Below are positions 50,520-60,304 of a stretch of DNA of 60,692 bases, piece by piece. This DNA is from an uncultured Gammaproteobacteria bacterium. Its GTDB lineage: Bacteria > Pseudomonadota > Gammaproteobacteria > Steroidobacterales > Rariloculaceae. Position 1 is the stretch's first letter; each line of letters starts with the position of its first letter. Below the pieces are notes generated by a model that was not told the origin of the DNA, did not search any database, and was given only the letters and a program-made list of their open reading frames with translations. The DNA lies in assembly GCA_964553875.1 (NCBI GenBank), contig CAZKNH010000008.1:1-60692 (forward strand), written 5' to 3'. The position numbers and the translations under genes were made by a program.

Positions 50520-52058
50520 CTATAGCGGCTCGCGCGGATTCGGCGAGCTTCGAAGCGGCATGCGTTCGGCGTAGAGCGGCTCGGTTTCACGCCGGCGCCC
50601 CGGCCGGCTACCGCCTGTGTTCAGCCTCGCGACCTGCCGGCGCAGATAACGAACGCCCATCCACGTGCCGGTTGCGCCGACGCCGGTGACGCCCGCGAGC
50701 AGCAGGATCATCAGCACGTCCCATAGCGGGCGCGTGCGCAGTGCCGCCGTGAAGTCGAAGCGGTGGAGCCCTTCGAAGAGCCAGCGGTAGCCGCGCTGGG
50801 CGGCGTCGACCTTGAGCAGCAGCCGGCCGCTCGTCGGGTCGATGTAATAGCGCGTGCCGGCCTCGTCGGCGAGAACCACGCGATAGACGGGTAGCGGCCG
50901 CTGCCTGTGGTGGCTGAAGTAGTACGCATCCTCGGTCGTGACGAGCCCGGCGCTCGCAACCGGGATCCCCGGGACGAGTCTCGCTGCGGCGCGCTCGAGC
51001 TCCGCGGTCTCGAGCGGAGCGGGGGCGAGGGTTTCCGCGTCGAGGCGCGTCGTGCGCCCGTCCGCGTCATGGGCGATGACACCGATGCGGCCCGCGAACG
51101 GCGCGAGCTCGAGCCGCACCGTGCCCGCAGGCGGCTCCCGCTGCGCGAGGGTCGCGGCCCAGCGTCGCAGGACGTCGACGTCGAGGACGACGCCCCGCAG
51201 ATTCTCGCGCTCGGCCCGGGCTCCGCTCGGCGCGAGCAAGCCCCACGGATTCACAGACAAGAGGCCGCTGCCGAGCCACGTCAGCGTCAGCACGCCGAAC
51301 GCGAGCCCGAGCCAGTGGTGCCATAGCGCGAGGCCGCGATACGGCGACCAGCGGCCGCTGCGCCGTCGCTTCAATTGCGCGATGCCGATGTAGATTCCGA
51401 TCGCGGTCAGGAAGAGCCCGACGAGCGACGTCGCGATGACGACGTTGATCCACAGCGGGCCGTTCTGCCGCAGCACCGTCGGATAGAGCCAGTGCGGCAC
51501 CGATCCGAGCCAGTTCCAGAAACGTTCCGTGCGCGTGCTCGCCTGGACGAGCTCGCCGGTGGTGCTCGAGAGGTACCACAGCGTGCCGTCCGGGTCGTCG
51601 AGCGCGAAAAGGTGAAGGGGGCGATGACGATCGAACTCGGCCGAGACGGTCCACTGATCGCGGTCGACCGTGCCGAGATACCGGGGCGAGGCGCCGGGTA
51701 GCGAGACGGCGAGCGACGCCGCGGCCGCATGAATCGCTGCTTCGTCGAACGCGTCGATGAAGCGGCCGTCGGCGAGCCCGAGGGTCCAGACGCGCCCGAA
51801 ATCGTCCGTGACGCGCATGACCGGCTCGTCGCCGAGCATTTCGACGTGCGCGCCGTCGACGCCGATGCCGCCGAACAGGGGGTCGACCGTGCAGCATCGG
51901 TCGAGATCGAGCGTCGGGAGGAGCCGGACCCGCTCCGCGGTCGTGACGTCGGGGAAGCCGACGTACATCATCACGACGCCGGAGAGGCACCACAGGACGA
52001 CGAGCCAGCCGATCGCGATCCCGAGGTATCGATGTAGCAGGATCAGCCAACGCATCAT
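50520..52058 (-). CDS. PepSY-associated TM-helix protein (PiuB-like)
   Basis: 512 aa. WLILLHRYLGIAIGWLVVLWCLSGVVMMY N-terminus, WHHWLGL..., FEGLHRFDF C-terminal motif. Confidence 0.85.
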   Translation of the reverse strand: MMRWLILLHRYLGIAIGWLVVLWCLSGVVMMYVGFPDVTTAERVRLLPTLDLDRCCTVDPLFGGIGVDGAHVEMLGDEPVMRVTDDFGRVWTLGLADGRFIDAFDEAAIHAAAASLAVSLPGASPRYLGTVDRDQWTVSAEFDRHRPLHLFALDDPDGTLWYLSSTTGELVQASTRTERFWNWLGSVPHWLYPTVLRQNGPLWINVVIATSLVGLFLTAIGIYIGIAQLKRRRSGRWSPYRGLALWHHWLGLAFGVLTLTWLGSGLLSVNPWGLLAPSGARAERENLRGVVLDVDVLRRWAATLAQREPPAGTVRLELAPFAGRIGVIAHDADGRTTRLDAETLAPAPLETAELERAAARLVPGIPVASAGLVTTEDAYYFSHHRQRPLPVYRVVLADEAGTRYYIDPTSGRLLLKVDAAQRGYRWLFEGLHRFDFTAALRTRPLWDVLMILLLAGVTGVGATGTWMGVRYLRRQVARLNTGGSRPGRRRETEPLYAERMPLRSSPNPREPL

Positions 52059-52151
52059 CGAGATGCTCCGGAAGCGTCCGCCGGCGCCTCGTCGGACGCA
52101 AGGCGCCGCCGCCTGATCCGCGCCGTCGCGGCGCGCCTCGAAGGATGCGGC

Positions 52152-52592
52152 TTAAGGAAGCTGGATGCCGCCGCGCGAGCCGCCCGGTCCGCCGAACCCT
52201 CCGGGGCCGCCGAATCCGCCGGGCCCGCCGCCCGGACCCACGGCGCTGCCCGGCACGATCAACGACGACGCGGCCTCCCGGCGCAGCTCCTCGAGCCGCT
52301 TGACGGTATTCTCGAGCGCCTGCTGCGCTTCGGCGCCGAACTTCTGCACGGCTTCCTCGAGGCTCGATGCCTCGATCTCGAAGCTGATCGGCAGGGCGCC
52401 GGCGGGTGTCAGCACCTGCGTTTGACCGACGTACAGCACGGGCCGCGATTCGTCCCGGGCTCCGGCCGCCGTGACCGGCGTGAGCCGCACCAGCGTGCCG
52501 ATGCGCCGATCGGTGAACGTCTCCTCGTGGTACAGATTCGCGCCGTCCATTGCGATGTCGGCGTCCGCGGGCTGCTGTGCCATCTGTCTCAT
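52152..52592 (-). CDS. Conserved hypothetical protein with Gly-rich C-terminal tail
   Basis: 146 aa. LYHEETFTDRRIGTLVRLTPV...LPISFEIEASSLEEAV... then GPGGGPGGFGGPGGFGGPGGSRGGIQLP. I recall similar unannotated proteins in pseudomonads. Confidence 0.7.
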   Translation of the reverse strand: MRQMAQQPADADIAMDGANLYHEETFTDRRIGTLVRLTPVTAAGARDESRPVLYVGQTQVLTPAGALPISFEIEASSLEEAVQKFGAEAQQALENTVKRLEELRREAASSLIVPGSAVGPGGGPGGFGGPGGFGGPGGSRGGIQLP

Positions 52593-52666
52593 CCCTTTGC
52601 GTTGCGCTGTCGGGGTCTAGGCTAACATTTTCCCGGCGTGTGCCGGGGCTTCGGCCTGAGTTCCGC

Positions 52667-53833
52667 TCAGCCGATGCGGCGAAGCGCGTGCGTGACGACG
52701 GTTGCGCCCGTCCCGCCGATGTTCTGCACGAGACCGAGCTCCGCGCCCCGTACCTGGTTGTCGCCGGCCGCGCCGGTGAGCTGCAGATACGCCTCGACGA
52801 TCTGATAGACGCCCGTCGCACCGACCGGATGGCCGCGCGCCTTGAGCCCGCCCATCGTCGACAGCGGCAGATCGCCGTCGATGCCGATGCGGCCTTCGGT
52901 GCCGAGCCGCGTGCCGGTGCCCCGGTCCGCGAATCCGGCCGCCTCTAGGCTCAGCACGGCCATGATCGTGAACGCGTCGTGCAGCTCGAAGAAGCTGACG
53001 TCGCGGTGGCGCGCACCGGCCTGCTCGAGCGTCTTGCGCGTCGACACCTCGACGGCGTCGAGCCACAGGACGTCCGCGCGCCGCTCGAGCGCGAGCGGCG
53101 CGGTAGCCGCCGCCGAGCCGGCGACGAGGACGCGTGCGTCTCCGCGGAGCCTTTTTGCCGCGTCGGCCGAAGCGAGCACGAAGGCCGCGGCGCCGGTGCA
53201 GATCGGGGACGCGTCGAACACGCGGATCGGGTCGATCACGACGCGTGATGCGAGGTAGCCCTCGAGGTCGACGGCCTTGTGGAACACCGCATTCGGATTG
53301 CCGAGCGCGTTACGATGCGCGTTGATCGAGAACGGCGCGAAGTCGCGTGCCGACGCGCCGTAGCGGCTCATGTACTCGCGCATCAGCTTCGCGTTCAGCG
53401 ACATGAACGACTCGCCGCGGGCGCCCTCGAGCTCCCAGTCCGCGGCCGTCGCGAGCGCCCGCGTGGCCGTGTCGCGGTCGACGTGCGTCATCCGCTCGAG
53501 GCCGCACACGACGACGACGTCGTGCATCCCGCCGGCGATCGTCAGATACGCCATCCGCGCCGCGGCCGCGCCGGACGCGCATGCGGCCTCCACCGTGACG
53601 GCGTCGATGCCGGTGAGCTCCGCGTAGTCGGCGATCAGGCCGCCGAGCTGCTGCTGTCCTGCGAGGAGCCCCGACGTCATGTTGCCGACGTACAGCGCGT
53701 CGACCTGGTCCTTTTCGACGCCTGCGTCGGCGAGCGCGCCGCGGACGACGGACGCGGCGAGGTACCGTCCACGGACCGACGCCTCGCGGGTGATCGGCGT
53801 CTGGCTGACGCCGACGATGTACACGTCTCTCAC
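52667..53833 (-). CDS. Thiolase-family protein (SCP-x / nonspecific lipid-transfer type)
   Basis: 388 aa. MRDVYIVGVSQTP..., VEAACASGAAA (active Cys), C-terminal GHP.GATG and NIGG.G. Confidence 0.85.
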   Translation of the reverse strand: MRDVYIVGVSQTPITREASVRGRYLAASVVRGALADAGVEKDQVDALYVGNMTSGLLAGQQQLGGLIADYAELTGIDAVTVEAACASGAAAARMAYLTIAGGMHDVVVVCGLERMTHVDRDTATRALATAADWELEGARGESFMSLNAKLMREYMSRYGASARDFAPFSINAHRNALGNPNAVFHKAVDLEGYLASRVVIDPIRVFDASPICTGAAAFVLASADAAKRLRGDARVLVAGSAAATAPLALERRADVLWLDAVEVSTRKTLEQAGARHRDVSFFELHDAFTIMAVLSLEAAGFADRGTGTRLGTEGRIGIDGDLPLSTMGGLKARGHPVGATGVYQIVEAYLQLTGAAGDNQVRGAELGLVQNIGGTGATVVTHALRRIG

Positions 53834-53920
53834 GCGGCCTCCAACGCGAGGAGACGCGATGCCGGGAACTCGGTCATCGGGAGCCGTCTTGGAGCGTAGC
53901 GGGACATCCTTTCCCTAACG

Positions 53921-53951
53921 ACAGAGACGCGAGCCCGGCTCGCGTCTCTGT
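53921..53951 (-). terminator. 14-bp perfect hairpin downstream of yceI-like gene
   Basis: ACAGAGACGCGAGC-ccg-GCTCGCGTCTCTGT, 23 nt past the stop at 53974. No clear U-tract. Confidence 0.5.
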
Positions 53952-53973
53952 CCGACATCCGAACGGGGTGCTT

Positions 53974-54549
53974 TCAGGACGTCGGGGCTTCGCTCGCCTC
54001 GATCTCGATGCGGAACGTGACGTTCCGGCCGACCGCCGGCACGCCGTAATTCATGCCGTACGCCGTCCGATCGATCGTGCCCGTCGCCGTGAAGCCAGCC
54101 ATCGGCGCTCCGCCGCGGGCGGTCCCGGTCTGATTCAGCTTGACGTCGAACGCGAGCGGGTGCGTCTGCCCGAGCATCGTGAACTGGCCGTGAACCTTGA
54201 ACTGGCCGTCGCCGACGACCTCGACGCGCTCGCTGACGAAGCGCATCTCCGGATACTGCTCGACGTTGAAGAAGTCCGCGGTCTTCAGGTGATTGTTCAG
54301 GCCCTCGTGAAACATGTCGACGCTCGCCGGATCGATCTTGACGTCGAGCGAGCTGTTCGCCGGGTTTTCCGCGTCGTACTTGAACGTTCCGCCGAACTCC
54401 GCGAAGCGGCCGAGCATCGTCGAATAGCCGCGATGGTCGATGTCGAAGAAGATCCTCGAATGCGCCATGTCGAACGCGTAGTCGCGCGGCTCGGCGAGCG
54501 CGGCGTGCGCGAGGCCCAATCCGGCCAGGATCAGAATCGTGCGATGCAT
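53974..54549 (-). CDS. YceI family periplasmic polyisoprenoid-binding protein
   Basis: Signal MHRTILILAGLGLAHAALA. SRIFFDIDHRGYSTMLGRF..F.G....D......S.L.V.ID..S, VTF.IEIEA. Confidence 0.88.
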   Translation of the reverse strand: MHRTILILAGLGLAHAALAEPRDYAFDMAHSRIFFDIDHRGYSTMLGRFAEFGGTFKYDAENPANSSLDVKIDPASVDMFHEGLNNHLKTADFFNVEQYPEMRFVSERVEVVGDGQFKVHGQFTMLGQTHPLAFDVKLNQTGTARGGAPMAGFTATGTIDRTAYGMNYGVPAVGRNVTFRIEIEASEAPTS

Positions 54550-54605
54550 GCGGTGCTTCCTCTGGTTGTGGTTGGCGAAGGCCGCGGCGCGGCCGGATTA
54601 TAGGA

Positions 54606-54627
54606 GGCATATATTAACCAATATGCC
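54606..54627. promoter_or_regulatory. AT-rich 7-8-7 palindrome (candidate operator) in divergent promoter region
   Basis: GGCATAT-attaacca-ATATGCC, perfect arms, between yceI-like (minus, ATG 54549) and the symporter (plus, ATG 54751). Confidence 0.4.
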
Positions 54628-54750
54628 CGCCGGGTCCGATGGCTTGAGCGCGGCGGCGGAAATCGGAGCCCGGATGCCGCTCGGCGGGACGGCGACGGGC
54701 GCCGTCGCCGCGAGCCGGTCCCGCGGCGAGCGACTGAGGAGCCGCCGGCA

Positions 54751-56049
54751 ATGAGCTTCACGCAGAAAATCCTGATCGCGATGGCGGCCGGCATCATCGC
54801 CGGATGGCTTCTCGGCGAGCTCGGCGGCGGCACTCGATTCGTCGACCAGGTCCTCGTCGGCGGCGTTCTCGAGGTCGTCGGGCGCGTCTTCATCGCCCTT
54901 CTGCAGATGATGGTCGCGCCGCTCGTGCTGTTCTCGCTCGTCACGGGTGTCGCGTCCCTCGGGGACATGCGCGCGCTCGGCAGGCTCGGCGCGAAGGCCC
55001 TCGCGCTCTATCTCGGGACGACCGTGCTCGCGCTGATCCTCGTCCTGTCGGTCGCGGTCACGGTCTCCCCCGGCGAGGGGTATGCGCTCGCCGACGCCGT
55101 CGCCTACGAGGCGCGTGAGCCGCCGAGCGTCGTCGACGTGCTGGTCCGCATCGTGCCGACGAATCCGGTCCGCGCGCTCGCCGACGGCGAGATGCTGCAG
55201 ATCATCGTCTTCGCGCTGCTTCTCGGTTTCGCGGTCTCGGTCTCGGGCGATAGAGGGCAGCGCGTCGCGAAGATCTTCGCAGACCTGAACCACGTCGTGA
55301 TGCGCATGGTTACGCTGGTCATTCGCATCGCGCCGATCGGCGTCTTCGCGCTCCTCGCCGGCACGTTCGCGACCGAGGGGCTCGAGCTCCTGGTCCCGCT
55401 CGCGGGCTACGTGCTCGTCGTCGTCGTCTCGTTCGCGCTGCAGGTCGTGCTCGTCTACTCGACGCTGCTTCGTCTCGGCGGACTGAATCCGCTGACGTGC
55501 TTCGCGAAGCTGCGCGAGGTGGTGACCTTCGCGTTCAGCACGTCGTCGTCGAGCGCCACGATCCCGGTCACGCTCGCTACGCTCGAGCGGCGCCACGGCG
55601 TGTCGAACTCGGTGGCCGCGTTCACGGTGCCGCTCGGCGCGACGATCAACATGGACGGCACGGCGATCATGCAGGGGGCGGCGACCGTGTTCATCGCGAA
55701 CGTCTACGGCATCGACCTCGGCCTCGGCGACTTCGTCGCGGTGATCCTGACCGCGACGCTCGCGTCGATCGGCACCGCGGGCGTGCCGGGCGCCGGGCTG
55801 ATCATGCTCGCGATGGTCCTCAAGCAAGCGGGTTTGCCGGTCGAAGGCATCGCGCTGATCATCGGCATCGAGCGGCTGGTCGACATGCTGCGGACGGCCG
55901 TGAACGTGATGGGAGACTGCGTCGTGACGTGCATCGTCGCGCGGTCCGAGGGAGCATTGGATGTCGGCGTGTTCAACGACCGTGACGCCGGCGGTGAAAA
56001 TACGGCGGACGCCGCGCGGCCCGTGGCTGCGCCGACGGCCGACGGGTGA
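54751..56049 (+). CDS. Dicarboxylate/amino acid:cation symporter (DAACS, GltP/DctA family)
   Basis: 432 aa. FALLLGF, SSSSATIPVT, MDGTAI, AGVPGAG, IGIERL.DM.RT..NV.GD. Confidence 0.9.
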   Translation: MSFTQKILIAMAAGIIAGWLLGELGGGTRFVDQVLVGGVLEVVGRVFIALLQMMVAPLVLFSLVTGVASLGDMRALGRLGAKALALYLGTTVLALILVLSVAVTVSPGEGYALADAVAYEAREPPSVVDVLVRIVPTNPVRALADGEMLQIIVFALLLGFAVSVSGDRGQRVAKIFADLNHVVMRMVTLVIRIAPIGVFALLAGTFATEGLELLVPLAGYVLVVVVSFALQVVLVYSTLLRLGGLNPLTCFAKLREVVTFAFSTSSSSATIPVTLATLERRHGVSNSVAAFTVPLGATINMDGTAIMQGAATVFIANVYGIDLGLGDFVAVILTATLASIGTAGVPGAGLIMLAMVLKQAGLPVEGIALIIGIERLVDMLRTAVNVMGDCVVTCIVARSEGALDVGVFNDRDAGGENTADAARPVAAPTADG

Positions 56050-56064
56050 CGACCAGGGGTGACG

Positions 56065-56880
56065 ATGGACCGCAGGATTCTGCTGATCGGATTCGGAAAC
56101 ATGGGGCAGGCCCTCGTGCGAGGCTGGCTCGAGCGCGGGATTGCCGCCGCAGAAATTCGCGTCGTGGATCCGGCGGAGGCGTCGCGCGCGGCGGCCGGGC
56201 GCGTCGGGATCGAGGCGAAGGAGGCCCTCGACGAAGGCGTTCTCGCCGAGCCCCCGGACGTCGCCGTGATCGCCGTAAAGCCGAACCAGGTCGAGGCCGT
56301 CGCCCGCGCGCTTGCCCCGCTCGCGGCGGCCGGGACGCTCTTCGTGTCGGTCGCGGCCGGCAAGACGATCGCGTCGCTGACCCAGGTGCTCGGCGGCGAG
56401 GCCGCGGTCGTGCGCGCAATGCCGAACACGCCCGCGGCGATCGGGCGCGGAATGACGGTCATGACCCCGTCGGCCGCAGTCACGCCTGCGCAGCGCGCGC
56501 TCGCCGACGAGCTGCTCGGCGCGGTAGGCGCGACGGCGTGGGTCGACGACGAGGCGCTGATGGACGCGGTCACGGCCGTGTCCGGCAGCGGGCCCGCGTA
56601 TGTGTTCCTGCTGATCGAGTGTCTGACGCGCGCCGGGACGAAGGCCGGCCTCGAACCCGCGCTCGCCGAAAGGCTTGCGACGGCCACGGTCGCGGGAGCG
56701 GGTGCGTATGCCGAACGCTCCGGCGAGCCGGCTGCGGAGCTGCGCCGGCGCGTGACGAGCCCGAACGGCACGACCGAGGCGGCGCTCCGCGTGCTGATGG
56801 GCGAAGACGGGCTCGAGGGGCTCCTCGAGCGCGCCGTGCGCGCGGCCGCGGACCGGAGCCGCGAGCTCTCCTCAGCCTGA
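56065..56880 (+). CDS. proC: Pyrroline-5-carboxylate reductase
   Basis: ATG 56065. ILLIGFGNMGQAL, VRAMPNTPA, SGSGPAYVF, VTSPNGTTEAAL. Confidence 0.92.
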   Translation: MDRRILLIGFGNMGQALVRGWLERGIAAAEIRVVDPAEASRAAAGRVGIEAKEALDEGVLAEPPDVAVIAVKPNQVEAVARALAPLAAAGTLFVSVAAGKTIASLTQVLGGEAAVVRAMPNTPAAIGRGMTVMTPSAAVTPAQRALADELLGAVGATAWVDDEALMDAVTAVSGSGPAYVFLLIECLTRAGTKAGLEPALAERLATATVAGAGAYAERSGEPAAELRRRVTSPNGTTEAALRVLMGEDGLEGLLERAVRAAADRSRELSSA

Positions 56881-56898
56881 GCCTCGGAGTCGAAGCCG

Positions 56899-57354
56899 AT
56901 GGCCGGACTTTATTTCGACGAGTTCGAGGTCGGTCAGGTCTTCCGCCACGCGATCCGGCGGACGCTGACCGAAGCAGACAACGTGCTGTTCAGTGCGCTG
57001 ACGCACAATCCGGCGCCGCTCCACATCGACCGCGAGTACATGCGGACGCAGTCCGAGTTCAAGGAGCCCCTGATCAACAGCTTCTTCACGCTCGGGCTGA
57101 TCGTCGGCATCTCGATCCACGAGACCACGCTCGGCACGACGGTCGCCAATCTCGGCCTTTCGGACGTACGGTTCCCGGCGCCGCTGTTCGCCGGGGATAC
57201 GGTGCACGTCGAGACGGAGGTCATCGCGATGCGGCCGAGCCGCTCACGGCCGCAGAACGGTATCCTGACGCTCGAGCATCGAGGCTACAACCAGCGGGAC
57301 GTGCTCGTCGCGGTCTGCCGGCGGAACGTGCTGATGCTGCGAAAGCCGGCGTAG
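56899..57354 (+). CDS. MaoC-family (R)-specific enoyl-CoA hydratase/dehydratase
   Basis: 151 aa hotdog fold. YFDEFEVGQVF....RTLTEADNVLFSALTHNPAPLHID. Confidence 0.85.
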   Translation: MAGLYFDEFEVGQVFRHAIRRTLTEADNVLFSALTHNPAPLHIDREYMRTQSEFKEPLINSFFTLGLIVGISIHETTLGTTVANLGLSDVRFPAPLFAGDTVHVETEVIAMRPSRSRPQNGILTLEHRGYNQRDVLVAVCRRNVLMLRKPA

Positions 57355-57544
57355 GGGCAGGCATACCGGGGCGCGGGGGGCTCCGGCCGGCGTGCGGGCG
57401 CCCCGGTGCGGAAGGCCGCCGCCCGAATTCGTTCCCAAGGTCGGGGTATTTCGAGGCTCTCCATTCCTGGACCTGCGTGCAGTGGTCCGGCCGAACGTGG
57501 GACAATGAACTACGTCTCGGTTTTGAAAACAGCTGCTTGTATTC

Positions 57545-60304
57545 TTGACCATTACTGTCAGAATGTGGCCGCAGTCGGGGTCAGATAAGCATCGGAGACG
57601 TTCCCAGTACCGTTCGGGGTCGAGGGTGAGCCGCGGGAGCGTTGACGCTATTAAAGAGGATCAATCCCAAGACACGGGCGTGACCACCACCCTTGTTCGC
57701 AGGGCGGCGCAGCTGCCTCGTGGATACGGGCTCGACCTCATCTGCACGAAAGTCGCGATCGACTTTCAATCCATTACGCTCACGAATGCCGAGGAGCGTC
57801 TGAAGGCGGGGCTGCAGGAGCTCACGGACGCTTACGGCGCCGATTCGCTGTTCATCGCGCTGTTCGACGAGGATGCGACCGCGATCGAGACCGTGTATTC
57901 GGGGCGCTCGACCTTCTCGACCTGCAACCCGGAGGTCCTGAAGGGGCGGGAGCTCGGCGACTTCCCGTGGATTCGCGGCCGGCTCGAGCACTTGAGGCTC
58001 CTCGAGATCGAGGACACGGCGCACCCCCCGCTTGCCCAGCGTCGGGACGCGGAGAACCTCGCGAGCCTGAACGTCGGCGCGATCCTCGTCGTCGGCTTCA
58101 ACATCCGCGAGCGGCTCGCCGGGATGCTCGGCATCTGCAGCTCGACGCCGAGCCCCGACTGGAGCGCCGACCTGCACCTCGCGATGAAGCTGATCGGCAT
58201 GAGCTGCGCGAGCGGGCTCGAGCGCATCCGCCTGAAGGAGGATCTGCTCACCGTCGAGGAGCGGGACCGCCTCGTCACGAACACGGCGAACGACGGCCTC
58301 TGGGACTACGACGTCCGCGAGAACACGATGTACTTCTCGCCGCGCTGGCGCGCGATGCTCGGCTATGGCGAGGACGATCCGATTCCCGAATGGCGCTTCC
58401 TCGTCCACCCCGACGACATGGCGCGCGTGCAGGCGCAGATCCGCGAGCACCTCGAAGGCAAGACGGAGCTTTTCGAGAGCGTGCACCGGATGCGGCACGC
58501 GAACGGCGAGTGGCGCTGGGTGCAGAGCCGCGTGAAGGGGCGCGTCGACGAGCACGGACGCCTGCGGCGGCTCGTCGGCGTCGAGACGGACATCACGGAG
58601 CGCAAGCTTTACGAGGAGGCGCTCTTCCGCGAGAAGGAGAGCGCGCAGATCACGCTGCAGTCGATCGGCGACGGCGTCGTCACGACCGATGCCGAGTGCC
58701 GCGTGCAGTACCTGAATCCCGTCGCCGAGGAGCTGACCGGCTGGAAGCTCGACGACGCGGTCGGACGGCAGATCGACGAGATCTTCCGCGGCTTCCACGA
58801 GGAGACGTGCGAGCCCGTCGAGAACCCGGTCGCGGTCGCGATGCGACGCAACCGCTCGACGAAGTCGGTCCGGCCGACGCTCTTGATTCGCCGCGACGGC
58901 AACGAGCTCTACATCGAGAGCACGGCGGCGCCGATTCGCGATCCGCTCGGGAACGTGACCGGCGGCGTGCTCGTGTTCCACGACGTCAGCGAGTCGCGCG
59001 AGCTGAATCGCCGCCTGTCGTATGCCGCGAGCCACGACATCCTGACCGAGCTCGTGAACCGGCGCGAGTTCGAAAGCCGGCTCGAGCGTGCGCTGAAGAG
59101 CGCGAAGGCCCGGGAGACGTCGTACGCGGTCCTGCACATCGACCTCGACCAGTTCAAGATCGTCAACGACGCCTGCGGACATGGCGCGGGCGACGAGCTC
59201 CTGAAGCAGATCGGTGCGCTGTTGAAAGCGAAGATCCGCTGGCGCGATACGCTCGCACGGCTCGGCGGCGACGAGTTCGGCGTGCTGCTCGAGAGCTGCA
59301 CGATGGACGAGGCGCTGCGCACGGCGGAGACGCTCCGCGAGCTGATCGGCGAGTTCAAGTTCGTGTGGGACGACCGAACGTTCCGCCTCGGCGCGAGCAT
59401 CGGCGTCGTGCCGATCACGCCGGCGACGGACGATGTCGCATCGCTCCTGACCGCGGCCGACAGCGCCTGCGCCGCCGCGAAAGACGCCGGGCGGAATCGC
59501 GTCTACAGCTATCAGGAGAACGACCTCGACCTGATGAAGCGCCGCAAGGAGATGCAATGGGCGGCGCGGATCAGCAATGCGCTCGAGGAGGGGCGCTTCG
59601 AGCTCTTCAGGCAGACGATCCAACCGCTGCAGCCCGGGCTCGACACCGGTGCGCACTACGAGCTCCTGCTCAGGATGCGCGACGAGCACGGCGCGCTCGT
59701 CTCGCCCGAGCTCTTCATCGCCGCGGCCGAGCGGTACGGCCTGACGCCCGCGATCGATCGGTGGGTCATCACGCAGGCGTTCCGTTGGCTCGTCTCCGAG
59801 GCGGACGAGCGGGAGCGGCTCGCGCTCTGCTCGATCAACCTCTCGGGTCAGAGTCTCGCCGACGAGAAGTTCCTGCCCTTCGTTATCGAGCAGTTCCAGA
59901 GGAGCGGGCTCGACGGCCGGCGAATCTGCTTCGAGATCACCGAGACCGCGGCGATCGCGAGCTATGCCCAGGCGAATCGCTTCATCCACGCGTTGAAGGA
60001 GATCGGCTGCAAGTTCGCGCTCGATGACTTCGGCACCGGCCTCTCGTCGTTCGGATATCTCAAGCATTTCCCCGTCGACTTCCTGAAGATCGACGGCAGT
60101 TTCGTGAAGGAGATCCTGCACGACCCGATCGATCGCGAGATGGTTCGGTCGATCAACGAGATCGGCCACCTGACCGGCAAGCAGACGATCGCGGAGTTCG
60201 CCGAGAACCAGGAGATCATCACGATGCTGCGCGCGATCGGGGTCGACTACGCGCAGGGGTACGGCGTGTCGGAGCCGAAGCGGCTCCTCGAAGCCGTCGC
60301 TTAG
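57545..60304 (+). CDS. GAF-PAS-PAS-GGDEF-EAL signalling protein
   Basis: RLGGDEFGVLL (GGDEF), EITETAAI / DDFGTG / KIDGSFV (EAL), two PAS blocks (ANDGLWDYD..., LQSIGDGVVTTD...). Start uncertain: TTG 57545, ATG 57563 or GTG 57679. Confidence 0.88.
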   Translation: MTITVRMWPQSGSDKHRRRSQYRSGSRVSRGSVDAIKEDQSQDTGVTTTLVRRAAQLPRGYGLDLICTKVAIDFQSITLTNAEERLKAGLQELTDAYGADSLFIALFDEDATAIETVYSGRSTFSTCNPEVLKGRELGDFPWIRGRLEHLRLLEIEDTAHPPLAQRRDAENLASLNVGAILVVGFNIRERLAGMLGICSSTPSPDWSADLHLAMKLIGMSCASGLERIRLKEDLLTVEERDRLVTNTANDGLWDYDVRENTMYFSPRWRAMLGYGEDDPIPEWRFLVHPDDMARVQAQIREHLEGKTELFESVHRMRHANGEWRWVQSRVKGRVDEHGRLRRLVGVETDITERKLYEEALFREKESAQITLQSIGDGVVTTDAECRVQYLNPVAEELTGWKLDDAVGRQIDEIFRGFHEETCEPVENPVAVAMRRNRSTKSVRPTLLIRRDGNELYIESTAAPIRDPLGNVTGGVLVFHDVSESRELNRRLSYAASHDILTELVNRREFESRLERALKSAKARETSYAVLHIDLDQFKIVNDACGHGAGDELLKQIGALLKAKIRWRDTLARLGGDEFGVLLESCTMDEALRTAETLRELIGEFKFVWDDRTFRLGASIGVVPITPATDDVASLLTAADSACAAAKDAGRNRVYSYQENDLDLMKRRKEMQWAARISNALEEGRFELFRQTIQPLQPGLDTGAHYELLLRMRDEHGALVSPELFIAAAERYGLTPAIDRWVITQAFRWLVSEADERERLALCSINLSGQSLADEKFLPFVIEQFQRSGLDGRRICFEITETAAIASYAQANRFIHALKEIGCKFALDDFGTGLSSFGYLKHFPVDFLKIDGSFVKEILHDPIDREMVRSINEIGHLTGKQTIAEFAENQEIITMLRAIGVDYAQGYGVSEPKRLLEAVA

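Noticed and set aside
57581-60169. 862-aa ORF antisense to the GGDEF-EAL gene (similarly 22376..23860 versus ruvB, 17343..18827 versus sucB, 50... and 51067..52821 versus the PepSY gene).
   Set aside because: Same reasoning: the sense strand carries clear domain motifs, and these ORFs are GC-content artefacts.
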